Shown in pieces: positions 35,733-48,692 of a stretch of 64,000 bases of DNA. Source of the stretch: Mobula hypostoma (Eukaryota). A model generated the notes under the pieces. It did not search any database. It saw only the letters and a list, made by a program, of their open reading frames with translations, and was not told the DNA's origin. Every line of letters begins with the position of its first letter. Within the stretch, counting starts at the first letter, position 1. The DNA is taken from the NCBI RefSeq assembly GCF_963921235.1, contig NC_086097.1, positions 169,386,001 through 169,450,000 on the forward strand, in the 5' to 3' direction. Made by a program: the position numbers and the translations under genes.

Positions 35733-37213
35733 CTGCATGAAAATGAATACTTCAATGCATCATTACGTATCATGAACAAACAGCTGCTTCAGTGCAATAT
35801 TGTTTGTTGGTCATATGTTTCAAACAATAAACAAGTGAAATGTTTATCAGGCAATACAGAACTACTTAGCAATTAACCTAGTGAAAACAGATTATTTGAC
35901 AATTTAAAACAAGTCAACAATTTCAAGTTTCCAAATTAAATTTAATAAAACTGCTTTAGAAAGCAGTTTAATGTTAATATCAAGTTTTGTGTAATTTTCC
36001 CACTAGTCAAATGGAGAATACAGTTAGCACTACAAAAACCTTCAGCCAGTTAAACATGTCTCAATTAGATACATACGCAAATGAGGAACAGCTGAATTTC
36101 CCTCAATATCCAAAAGTCCAATCTCCAGAGCTGCAGAAGTTCTCAAGTCTGGCTGCTTTCTACATCTTGAAGGTCAGCTACTCATTGGGTCTCTTTGACC
36201 TTGTATTGGAATTTTTAATACTTATTCTAAGCAAGCTTTATTCAGTCTAGCAACAGCATCTATTTCGTAATAGCAAGGTGTTTAATTAATCCACCAAAAG
36301 AACATTGGTAGAATGATGAAAGTTATTCAACTTGATTCTCAAGTGGTCTCAGGACTACTTGGCATGGATAATAAATGTTGCTCTGCCAGTACTACCTACC
36401 TTCCAAGAAGCAATCGAAAAGCTTAAGCCTCATCTCCTGAACGCTTTTTATTGAAACAGGATTCAATTTCTCTGACCCAGAATCCTGTTCACCATTGAAT
36501 TAAATCACAGCTAATCTCAATATCAACTCTATCAAAGAAATATCAGTAACTGAATAAGTAACGGTTTTAAAATTACCAACCCATCTACAACTCCAAACAG
36601 TAGTTTGGATGTGAGAACTCCATACTTTTTCTTTTTAAGCGTTTCTAAGTATCACTCCTGAATAATTTTAGATGACATTTATCTGTTATGAATAATCCTC
36701 CCAGAAGAAACTTTTTCTCTTTGCAAAACTTATTTCAATTGCTCAATTCGGTTACTTCTAAATCTTCTGCACAGACAGTCCCTGTTATGCCCTATTGGGC
36801 AATAGAAATCACCATTACAGAATTCACAAATCACTATTCAAAAACTTGAGATCAGGAATAAAATTCGCTCACAGAATTTCTAGAGAAAAAGTAGCTTTTT
36901 TCCATTCTATTCATGCACAGATGATGTGGCTTTGCATTACAAAAAAATTGTGATATTGATTGTTTTCTAAGAACCAAACCCCTCCACTGTAACCTTGGGT
37001 CATTTGTACAAAAATCTCATTGGTATTTTCTAGTGTATCTGCATATGACCTTCCAAAGTGCGTACTTCTTGGAGTCCATGCAATGCAGTCCAACCAGAGC
37101 ACAATGCACCTGGGACACAATTATCACCTATTTGTACCAAATTTTAAAAATTTTATCACATGCATATTACAGTATTTTTAAAATGCATAAAGAAAAGCTT
37201 AGTTTTATTTTAC

Positions 37214-37340
37214 CTGACCGAAGTGTGTCACCACTGCACAACTGTCTGCCTTCTTCCTGGATTTCTGACAAATCAGTAGGTTGAATTAAAGGTACTGGTG
37301 TTCCGTGTTTTGGTGATGTTATGGAATATCCAAACGAAGG
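37214..37340 (-). CDS. CEP192: CEP192 exon (PSFGYSITSPKHGTPVPLIQPTDLS...TLRS)
   Basis: Acceptor aaatttcctag|CCT, donor CAG|gtaaaa; 127 bp, phase 0 to 1; completes KR|PSFGY. Confidence 0.92.
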
Positions 37341-37345
37341 CTAGG

Positions 37346-37760
37346 AAATTTGGTAAATTGGTTTATTATTGTCATATGTATTATAGTACAGAGAAAAAAT
37401 ATTTTGTATGCCACCCATACAGATCACTGCATCACATCAATACAAAGGAAAAGCAACAACATAATGCAGAATAAGTGCTATAGTTACAAAACAGCAGTGC
37501 AGACATACAAATAAGATGCAGGCTATGTCAAGCACATTGTGAGGAGAACAGCCCAGTTTATTGTACAATGGAACCACTCATTATGACAGCAGGATAGAAG
37601 CTGTCCTTAAGACCGGTGGTATGTGCTTTCAGTCTTCTATATCTTCTGCCCAATGGGAAGGAGGGAAAGAAAAGAATATTTAGGGTACTTGACTACCTCC
37701 CTGAAGCAGTGAGAGCTGGTTTCATGATGTATTGCGCTATGTACACAACTTAAAGCAGTT
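37346..37760 (-). mobile_element. 3' end of a Rex1/Babar-like LINE next to a CEP192 acceptor
   Basis: Minus RLKDSFYP remnant, AT-rich UTR, tail gacaataataaaccaatttaccaaattt. Confidence 0.7.
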
Positions 37761-40700
37761 GAATTTCATGAAATTTTACCAAAATACATCTTTAGCAACA
37801 TATATAAACAGGTGTTCAAATGTGTCCTTTTAATTTAGACAATACCCTCCCACTATTTCACAAGGATGTCTTGTTTACCTAAATTATCCAAGTAATCAAA
37901 GTTCTACTTAAAAAAGAAACAGCCAGAAAGCTATCTAGAAACTCCCCTACCCCCATCTCCCTTGAAGGCAAATCTCCAAAATTGAAAAGAATGCAAAATA
38001 CCACCCACAGTCAAAACATTGAGAAAAGAATGCCATAAAAAACACCAAACAAATGTTTAAAAAAAACAGCCGTTTGCAAAACACTTTGAAAGGTGAGATC
38101 TTGGAAAGTGAAACAGAGTACAATCTTACTAATATTTCAGGAAGAAAAAACAACCACCGAATCAGATTCTTAACTATTTTCAAAAACGAACAATTGAAAA
38201 TAATAAGATAAAATAATAAAGGAAAAAAACTTTAACATAAAAGCACGATAAACATTCATACTCCAAAACAAAGTACGAATATTATCAAACCAAGGGCAAA
38301 ATTCTTCAAACTTAAGTCCAGACCTATAAACTGGTTATTAACTTATAAAGCAAATGATTACAGACATGAAGAAACAGTAAATTTATTAAACATTGATCCT
38401 CAAGGAATTGATGAGCTTCATCCACGGATTTAAACCATTTATGTGATTTAACAGGCAGAATAACCCCTAGGCGAAGTGGAAATAGCAGAGTTGGTTGGAA
38501 CTTTCTTTGATAGAGCTCGGACATCACTGGTTTAAAAAGCGATCTTTCTCGCATTACCTCAGTACTGTAGACAAAACTTGAGGTCTCCGTGTTCAATAAC
38601 CCCTTTCCGACGGGCAATTCAAATTAAATGCTCCTTGCTATGCACATAGTGGAATTGGAGTATAACAGGTCGAGGCTTCAACTCTTTAGGAGGTTTTGCT
38701 CTTAAAGTCTGATGAACACGGTCAGGTATAGGGGGAGTAGAAAAAACTTCAGAGCCGAACACATCCATTAAAAATTGAGAAAAGAATTTAGTAAGGTCAC
38801 CAGTCAATGTCTTTACGGAGTCCTGTTATTCGCAAATTCTGTCTACGACTGCGACTTTCCAGGTCAATAATCTTAACTTTATACCGTTCCAATGTTTGAG
38901 TGGTCGAAGTGAATTTCTTTTCCAACAAATCCAGTCTATGATCTCTCTGTCTACCAGCTTCATCGAGTTCGGAAATTTGTTGTTGTTGTTTTTCACTCTC
39001 ACGCTTAAGTGCTCCCAGTCTACCTTTGATCTCCTTTAACAATACTTCCAAAGTAGAAAATCTTTTATCGAATTTATCATCCAGGAGCTTCGACATAGCC
39101 TCCAAAGTGAGCTGAGACTGTTTAGGATCACCTTCTCTCCTTCCATTTCCATTACCCGCTTCCTTGCTTTCGGCTGATGCCTTTTTCCCCTCTGGTATCC
39201 ATTTCCAGCGATTAAAAATCAAGGTCCAAGCATATAAAAGTGCTATAAACACTTCAATATAGATAGTAAAAGGGTGGTAAAAAGATTGAAAAATGAACAG
39301 AGCAAAGCCAAAATGCAACTTACTCCATCTAGTGCCCCAAGAGAAGTCTTTTGTGGGTGGTGGGTGGGGCTATTTTTAGTTTAGTTTTTTTTCACCTGGG
39401 CTGATCTGAAACTACAAATATGTCTGAATTGTCGTAACTTCTGTTTCCCCTTTAAACCTTTTTCCCTCTTCCTGATTCATCAATTTCCTATGCAGTAAGG
39501 TTAACCCTTTGCATACCATATGGCTTATTCAAGTAAAATGGATATTATTATTAACTTTGTTTCATGGAATACGAATGGTTTGAATCATTCGATTAAACAG
39601 AAGAAGATTTTTAAAGTTTTTCATAGATTGAATGCTCAAATTATCTTTGCCCAGGAAAGTCATGTGAGGAAGGAGGATAATCAGCGTTTTTTTTGGTTTT
39701 GGAAAAACTAACAATTTCATTCCAACTCATAAGCTAAGGTGTAAGGAGTCCATTTTTATAGTCTCTTCAATTTCATCTGTTCACTATGAAACAATCTCAG
39801 ACCTGAATGGTAGATTTCTGTTAATTACTGGTTTACTTTATAACTAAAAAGTTGTCATGGTTAATATCTATGCACCAAATACTGACTATCCTGAATTCTT
39901 TAAGCATTTATTTGCATCTCTTCCTAATTTAAATGACTATCTGTTGATAACAGGCTGAGATTTTAACTGTTGCCTGAATCAGTTGATGGACAGGTCTGTG
40001 CCCAATCAGGTACTTCCAAACAAAACTGCTATTTTTATTAATTGCTTTTTAGCTGCCTCCAGAATTTTAGAAGTTTGGTGGTTTTAAGATCCTAACGATA
40101 AAGAGTTCTCACTCTTTTCTCATGTATATCATAATTACTCTAGAATTGATAACCTTTTTTTTTTAATCCACTCTCGATTAGTTTCGTCTGTTACAGCTTG
40201 TGAGTACGATGCAAATGCCATCTCTGATCATGCGCCCTGAAAACTATCAATCAAATTAACTGATGTAACTTTCAGTGCTAGACAATGGCGGTACAATTCT
40301 ACTCTGCTTCAGGATTTAAACTTTGTTAACTTAATTAAAGAACAGATTGTCTTTTTCTTTTCAACTAACTTTACCGAAGAAATTTCCAGTGAGATTATGG
40401 GATACTTTTAAAGTATATATCCATGAGCAAATTATTTCATATTCTGCTGGATTGAAAAAATGAATTAATAATAAAACATGTACATTGGTTGATAAGATTA
40501 AAGAAATTGATAAAAAGTATTCTGCTGCTCCTAATCTGGAGTTTTATAAAAAGAGAGTTGAACTTCAGATGCAACAGTTTGTTATTAACATCCCCAACTG
40601 AAGATCAATTACTTAAAACTAAGAGTCAATTTTATATAATTACATGGTGATAAATCTGGTAAATTACTGCCCAACCAATTGAAAGCTGCTTCAGCTAACC

Positions 40701-41515
40701 GTCAGATTATTAAAGTTCGTAAACCGGATGGTATTTTGACGGTTGACCATGAAATTAATAAATCTTTTCAAGAATTCTATACCTCTTTATACCAATCAGA
40801 ATTTCCTGACAATTCTACCATAATGCATGAATTTTTAAGGAAATTTAATATTCCAAAATTACCACAATGAATGTTTAGCACGAGACGGACCCATTACGGA
40901 AGAAGAAATAAAGAAAGCAATTTATTCGATGAATTCTGGTAAAGCACCCGGTCTGGATGGGTATACAGTAGAATTTTTTAAATCTGTTTTCAAATCTACT
41001 TTCTCCTTGGTTATGTAGAATCTTATTTGTAGAGAAATTACCACAATCCTTTGATGAAGCATCTATTTCTTTAATTCCTAAAAAAGATAAAGACCCCACT
41101 GAATGTGCTTCATATAGACCTATATCCTTGTTCAATGTGGACTCCAAGATCTTTTCCAAAATATTAGCTATTAGATTGGAAAATATATTGCCACAAATTG
41201 TCTCTGACGACCAGAGAGGGTTTATTAAAAATCATTACTCGTATTTTAATGTTAGGAGGTTAATGAACATTGTATATACTTCTTCATCTCAAACTCCAGA
41301 ATGTGTTATTTTGCTTGACGCCGAGAAGGTGTTTGATAGAGTTGAATGGAAATATTTATTTAACATTCTTGAGAAATTTAACTTTAGCCCAAAATTCATA
41401 TCGTGGATTAAATTGACATATCATATATATACCTTTGGCTTCTGTACTTACCAATAATCAGGGCTGTCCTTTAAGCCCTTTACTGTATGACATTGCCTTG
41501 GAGCCCTTGGCAATC

Positions 41516-41827
41516 ATAGTCATACTTTATTGATCCCGGGGGAAACTGGTTTTCGTTACAGTTGCATCATAAATAATAAATAGTAATATGTAAATTATGC
41601 CAGTAAATTATCAAATAAATCCAGGACCAGCCTATCGACTCAGGGTGACTGACCCTCCAAGGGAGGAGCTGTAAAGTTTGATGGCCACAGGCAGGAATGA
41701 CTTCCTATGACGCTCTGTGCTGCATCTTAGAGGAATGAGTCTCTGGCTGAATGTACTCCTGTGCCCACCCAGTACATTATGTAGTGGATGGGAAACATTG
41801 ACCAAGATGGCATGCAACTTAGACAGC
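41516..41827 (-). mobile_element. Short 3' fragment of a Rex1/Babar-like LINE inside L1 ORF2
   Basis: SHPLH...RHRKSFLPVAIKLY; tail caataaagtatgactatg; interrupts L1 LEPLAI|ALHDSPNI. Confidence 0.8.
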
Positions 41828-41956
41828 ATCGCTCTTCATGATTCACCCAATATATCTGGCATTATTCGTGGGAATGGGACGCATAAGGTATCACTATATG
41901 CAGATGACCTGTTACTATATATCGCTAACTCAGAGAAATCCATCCCTGCAGTAATA

Positions 41957-42881
41957 CGCAACACACATAAAAGTTGCTGGTGAATGCAGCAGGCCAGGCA
42001 GCATCTCTAGGAAGAGGTACAGTCGACGTTTCGGGCCGAGACCCTTCGTCAGGACGAACTGAAGAAGAGCTGGTAAGAGATTTGGAAGTGGGAGGGGGAG
42101 ATCCAAAATGATAGGAGAAGACAGGAGGGGGAGGGATGGAGCCAAGAGCTGGACAGCTGATTGGCAAAAGGGATATGAGAGGATCATGGGACGGGAGGCC
42201 GAGGGAGAAACAAAAGCGACCCTTCGCCTGTGAGTCGGCTGGGGTGATATACTGCGTCCGGTGCTCCCGATGCGGCCTTCTATATATTGGCGAGACCCGA
42301 CGCAGACTGGGAGACCGCTTTGCTGAACACCTACGCTCTGTCCGCCAGAGAAAGCAGGATCTCCCAGTGGCCATACATTTTAATTCCACATCCCATTCCG
42401 ATGTGTCTATCCACAGCCTCCTCTACTGTAAAGATGAAGCCACACTCAGGTTAGAGGAACACCACCTTATATTCTGTCTGGGTAGCCTCCAACCTGATGG
42501 CATGAACACTGATTTCTCTAACTTCTGTTAATGCCACACCTCCCCCTCGTACCCATCTGTTATTGCCCATCCTCTGGGCTCCCCCCCCCTTCTTTCTCCC
42601 AGACCTCCTGTCCCATGATCCTCTCATATCCCTTTTGCCAATCACCTGTCCAGCTCTTGGCTCCATCCCTCCCCCTCCTGTCTTCTCCTATCATTTTGGA
42701 TCTCCCCATCCCCCTCCCACTTCCAACTCTCTTACCAGCTCTTCTTTCAGTTTGTCCTGACAAAGGGTCTCCGCCCAAAACATCGACTGTACCTCTTCCT
42801 ATAGATGTTGCCTGGCCTGCTGCGTTCACCAGCAACTTTTGTGTGTTGCTTGAAATTCCAGCATCTGCAGATTTCCTCCTG
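41957..42881 (+). mobile_element. 5'-truncated PLE (GIY-YIG C-terminus plus pLTR) with an inverted pLTR at about 41957-42215
   Basis: 12-bp TSD CCTGCAGTAATA (41945-41956, 42882-42893); GVIYCVRCSRCGLLYIGETRRRLGDRFAEH...RLEE...QPDGMN. Confidence 0.93.
42020..42061 (-). ncRNA. Minimal type I hammerhead ribozyme motif, intact core, in a PLE pLTR
   Basis: Minus: cagttcGTC-CTGACGA-A-GGGT-CTCG-GCCC-GAA-ACGT-C-GACtg; stem I GUC/GAC, 4-bp stem II, palindromic ACGU in place of helix III. Confidence 0.72.
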
Positions 42882-44919
42882 CCTGCAGTAATATGACTTT
42901 TCTGGTTATAAATTGAATCTTAATAAGAGTGTGCTTTTACCATTAAATATGCAAGTTCCAATCTATAGACAATCACCATTTAGACTGGTTACCGATTATT
43001 TTACTTATTTGGGTGTTAAAGTTACTAAGAAGCACAAGGATCTATTTAAAGCTAACTTTTTACCCTTAATTGATCATGTTAAACAACTGCCTACTAAAGA
43101 GTCCCCATTGTCCTTATCATTGATTGGTTGAATTAATGCTATTAAGATGATTATTTTACCTAAATTTCTGAATCTATTTCAGACAGTACTAATCTTCATC
43201 TCTCAATCCTTTTTTGATACTATTGATTCTAAAATTTCTTCATACATATGGCAGAATAAAAATCCTAGGTTAAGTAAGAAATACTTACAGAAATCAATAA
43301 AGTATGGCAGTTTGGCATTGCTGAACTTTAGATTCTATTATTGGGCAATTAATATCCAATATCTAACATTCTGGACACAAGATTTGGATGAAATTCAATG
43401 TTCACGATGGGCGAACCTCGAGTGCGAGTCTGTACAGGGGTTCTCATTGGCTTCTGTTTTAGGGGGTTCGCTTCCCTTTGCACTTACTAAACTGAATAAA
43501 CAAAACGATTAATCCAAAAACTAAACATACAATACGAATATGGTTTCAATTTCGTAAATTTTTTGGATTGAATAAATTTATCCTATCAAGTCCAATTATA
43601 TCCAATTTTTTCTTCCAACCATCCAGGACTGATCAAGCTTTTATTTTAAAATGGAAAAGGAAGGGATGTTTTCGTGATTTATTTATGGATAATTGTCTCA
43701 TGACTTTTGAAGTTGTCCAATAAATATAATTTGCCTAGATCACATTTTTTCAGGTATTTACAGATCAGAAACTTTTTGAATGTTATTTTACCTACTTTTC
43801 CGATACTGCATCAAACTGAAATTACAGAAAAAAATTTAGGTTTAAACGCCTATCAGAAGAGTTTAATTAGCAATTATTTATGATTTATTTACAAAAATAC
43901 GTCTAGGTACATCTGATAAAATTAAGAATATCTGATAAAATTAAGAATGAATGGGAAAGAGAACTTCAGGTATCTTTACCTATAGAGAAATGGGAGAAAA
44001 TTCTCCAACTAGTTAACACCTCTTCAATGTGTGCTGGACATGCTTTGATACAATTTAAGGTGGTTCATAGGGCCCATATATCTAAGGATAAGTTAGCTCG
44101 TTTTTATTGCCATATAAATCCTATCTGTGACAGATGTAATTCTGAGGTAGCTTCCTTGACACATATGTTCTGGTCTTGCCCTCTTTTGGAAAAATATTGG
44201 AAAGATATTTTTGATATTATTTCATTAGTTCTGCGTCTTGATTTACAACCTCATCCTATCACTACAATTTTTGGATTACCAATGATGGACTCTAGTCATT
44301 TATCCCCTTCAGCTTGCCCTTTGATTGCATTTGTTACATTAACAACCAGCAGATCCATTTTATTTAAATGGAAAGATTCTAATCCCCCTACTACATTTCA
44401 ATGGTTTTCCCAAACCGTAACATGTTTAAGTTAGGAGGGGTACTATCCATCCTCTTCAGTTAAATTTGAAGAAACTTGGAGGCCATTTATTCAACATTTT
44501 CATATGATGTAAGCTGACCTTTTCCGAATCCTTTTCAATAACTTTTTTGTATGGAGGAGCGGAGTTAATGACAAATAATGATTTTAACCGATGAAACATG
44601 GCTGCCAGCCTTTGTTTTGTTGTGTTTTGGTTTTTTTTTTGCTGTTGTTTTTTAAAGTGTAAGGGGACTTTACTTTGTAAAAATTTTTTTGAATCTTTTT
44701 CATGTTCAGTTATTAAGAGATTGGGAGGCTTAAATTAAATTACATATATTACTCTGAGTCTGTGTCTGTATACGTTAACCGTTATTAATGTAATCCCGAT
44801 CTCTTTGTATCATTATCGTTATGTTTATCAATTCAAAACTTAATAAAAAAGATTGAAAAAGAAAAAGAGAAATAAAACTAGAATTAATGGCGATTGTAGC
44901 AGTTGAATATGGAACTAAC

Positions 44920-45123
44920 CCGTTTTATGTCACTGTTTTTTTCCCCAAGACATCCAAGAGCCTCTGATCTTTCACTAAAGAACTCTCCCAGAGTGAGCTG
45001 AAGGCAACTTTGATCTTGCACAAAGTCAGATGTTGCTGGCGATACTTCCAATTTCACATTAGAAGGCATCTTCCATGAATCATTTCCAAATGACTCACCA
45101 GTAATCATATTCATTTTATCTTC
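44920..45123 (-). CDS. CEP192: CEP192 exon (EDKMNM...LQLTLGEFFSERSEALGCLGEKNSDIKR)
   Basis: Acceptor tttgtttgcag|GAA, donor CGG|gttagt; 204 bp, phase 0 to 0; conserved GEFFxxRSEALGCLG. Confidence 0.95.
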
Positions 45124-48100
45124 CTGCAAACAAACACTTAAATTAATGAGATAATAAACTTAGATTAATGAGAAACTTCGCATTTTGCACTTTGCCAAAA
45201 GTTGATCGAATTCTAACTTTGCTCAGATACTGAACAATAATGATTGTAGCTTTTACAATTAGGTAATTTTGCCAGTGGATACACTGATATATTTGCATTA
45301 CTGTGTTCAAAATATGCAGATACTTTGCTGTAAAAAAAAAACAAAAAACCTTTACTCTTAGCAGTGGAAAGCTTTTAGAATTTGGCACACTTTTAATATA
45401 ACTGATAGAACAGAGAAGGGAAAACCAGTTAGTGTGGTGTATTTGGATTTTCAGAAGGCCTTTAATTTTACCCAACTTAAAAAATTAATGAGCAAAATTA
45501 AAGCACATGGTATTGCGAGAAATACACAGGCATGGATTTAGAATTAGTCATAGGGCACTGCAGCACAGGAACAGGCTGTTCAGTTCATCCAGTCCTTGGC
45601 AATTTGTTTTTCTTCCTTGCCCCATCTAACTCCACCTACAACATACCTCTCCATCCTACTTTCAGCCACATACCCATTCAAACATCTCTTAAAAATTTGC
45701 AATTAGAGTTGCATCCATAACCTTGTCTGGCAGCTCATTCCACATTCACAGCGAAGAAGTTTCCCCTGAAGTTCCCACTAAATACTTTATCTTTCAGCCT
45801 AAACTTACGAGCTTTAGTTCCTGTGTAACGCAGCCTCAGGGGAAAAGCCTGCATCTATTTACCCCATCTATAACCTTCATAGTTTTGCATAACCCCTTAT
45901 TCTCCGCGCTCCAGAAAATGAAGTCTAAACTATTCAACATTTTCCTGTCACAAAGGTCCTCAGGAACCGACAACATCCTTGTAAAATTTTCTCTTCAAGC
46001 TTATTGGTATCTTTTCAGTAGGTAGGTGATCAGAACTGCACACAATACTCCAAATTCAAACTCATTGAAGTCTTACACAACTTCAGTATAACATCCCAAC
46101 ATGATCCTATCTACCTGTGATGTTGTTTTCAAGGATCTCCTTGTTCTACCATACACCTCAGTCCCCCACCATTCACTGCATGGCCTACTCTGCTTCGTAA
46201 TGCCAAGGTACAACACCTCACACTTGTCTGCATTAAATTCCATCTGTCATTTTACAGCCAATTTTCTCATCTAGTCCAAATTCCACTGTAAACATGGATA
46301 GTCTCTCTTGCTGTTCCCAGTCTTGGTGTCACCCACAAATTTGCTGATCAGTTCAGCATGTTATTATCTAAATCAGGGTTCTCTTCCTGGGATCCACAGA
46401 GAGATTACGTGGGCATCTGTCAACATGGATGGGAAAAAAATTTACATCTTCATTTTCACTAACCTCTAACTGAAATTTAGCATTTCCTTCAATTATGAAT
46501 GTAGGCAACAAACAGTAGTATTAACAGTACCAGTGACTTTGTTACCAATAGAAACAAAAGATATTTTCATATCACATTACAAGTTGTTACAAATATCTCA
46601 AAATATCATTTATGGCATGCTCATCACTACTTCAAAAACATGGTAGTTGTTAGATCTGCTTCCAGATCCAACGTGATTACAGTCTTTCTGTATGCAGACA
46701 CTCGTGTAATGCACCTGGCCAACTACTGGGCAGCCCTGCATGCTGAAGTTGCATGTCCTCGCATTTGTGACCCAGACATCTACGTTACTCTGCATTATTC
46801 CCCATCTACAACTGCTTGTTGATCAATGGGTCAAAGCAGGTGAGTCACTTTTATTGTTTGTTAAAGTTTTGTAAAACTGGACAGTTGAAATGCGAATTGT
46901 TATCTCTTCGTAAGGCCACGGGGTCTTATGTAATACCATGCAATTCCATGCGCAACAATAGTCAAATTCCAGGAAGGACACCACGCCTGAGCTACAGCTA
47001 TAATCATTGCATCTTTCAGAGTATCTAAAAGCCATCAAAAGTCTTAAAACTTTGTAAGGCCCGTCTTATTTTACTATTTATATTTTTTGCAGACCTAATT
47101 TAAATTGAAATGTCGTAAAAAAGTATGACGGAAACAAGTGGTTTCATTGGCATTAAAGGATGTGATGAGCCACAAAAGCCAGTGTTTATTGTGTGGGAAA
47201 ATGCTTACAAATGGAAGAATGAACCCAGCAAAACTGAAAGAGCACTTCACATCTGTTCCTCCTGAAAATGCATCTAAAGATGTGGGTTGTTTTTCATGCG
47301 AAGAAAACTGAATTTGAAAAAGTTGGAACACTTTTAAAACTTGGATTTGCCGTTTCACAAAAACCTTCTCTTGAAGCATCCTATTAAGGTGCTTACCATA
47401 TTTCCAAACAAAAGAAACTCAACACTATTGGAGAGAAGTTAGTTAAGCCATATGCACTGGAGATTGTTCAGCTGGTTTGTGGACTGGAACAGGAACAAAA
47501 TGGAAGCGATTCCCTGATCAAATAATGTGATATGTTCTAGAATAGTTGATATTTCATTTAACATTTTGAAGCAGGTCATTGAGGAATTGGCAGCCTCACA
47601 ACTCTCAGTCAGTATGCAACTGGATGAAACTACAGCCATTTCTCAATGCTTATTCATTATGCGCATGCTGAAGCCAAAGAATTTGAGTGCCTCTTTTGGA
47701 AAGTACAAAGGCCGTTTTCGAAATGCTAAAAAAGTACTTTTTTTGCCAAATAGAAAGCTTGACTGGAAAGGAAAACGTCATACTTTAAGCACAGATGGAG
47801 CTCCTGTGATCCTTGGTAATACATTTTTGCTAAATTAGTCATCACTTATTGTTGTTTCTTCTGGCCCCCCACCCCCTACACAGACATGCACCGGCAACAA
47901 AAACTCTTAACCCTCAAAGAAGTTATGTCAGCAGCCATAAAAGTCATCAATTTTATTAGAAGATCTCTGAATAACCGCATTTTTAAAAAGACTGTGTCAA
48001 GAAATAAGTACAGAATATAAAGTGCTTCTCTACTACACAGAAGTTCAATGGCTTTAAGAGGGCAAGTCTTGAAGCACATTCAAACTAAGGACAGAAGCTT

Positions 48101-48692
48101 CACTTTTTCTAAAAGAACAAGAAAACCCACTCTTGGAACAGTTTGGAAAAAAAAAGTATTGTATCAATGGGTTGCCTTACCTAGCAGACATTTTCAGCCA
48201 TATGAATGAAATAAATCTTTCAAGGTTCTGAAGTGACCACTATGGATAGTACTGAAAAGTTACAAGCATTCTTGTCTAAGCTGCCGATATGGAAGAAGAG
48301 AGTAGAGGCTGACATCTTTGCAAACTTTCAAATGCTGGAGGAAGTGCTTTACCAAGATGGAGTTGAGATAGAAAATTTTCTGTCAATTTCTTTGAAGAGA
48401 CACTTCAGAACACTTTCAAAAGTTATTTCCATCCTGATGGTATTAAAGTTGAACCATAGATCTGCAATCCTTTTCTTTCTGATACAAATTGTATCAAAGA
48501 TGTAGATCTAGCCAAAGCTGAACTCATTGTTCTTAGGACAAAAAATGTACTACAATTGGAGTTAACTCAAAAACCCTTAGATAATTCCAGTGCTTCTTGA
48601 GAGAAGCCTATTCGGCATTGTAAAGCAAGCTATACAAGCTTTAATTCCATTTGCAACAACTTATCTTTGTGAATTAGGATTCTCAATACTTA

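Larger units (their letters stand above)
37910..44872 (+). mobile_element. Older full-length L1 with 5' inversion: 5'UTR, ORF1 and part of the spacer on minus (about 37910-39348); rest of spacer, ORF2 and 3'UTR on plus (39349-44872)
   Basis: Minus ORF1 DLESRSRRQNLRITGL, DRVHQ, PRPVILQFHY; plus ORF2 SWNTNGL...YADD...CDRC..HMFWSC with many stops; AATAAA and A-rich tail at about 44842-44872. Confidence 0.9.

Noticed and set aside
43911..43948. 19-bp tandem duplication ATCTGATAAAATTAAGAAT
   Set aside because: Real, but an ordinary post-insertion mutation in a dead L1.
47130..48690. Domesticated ZBED/SCAND3-like gene
   Set aside because: Many stops and frameshifts, with TIRs and TSD present: a decayed transposon.
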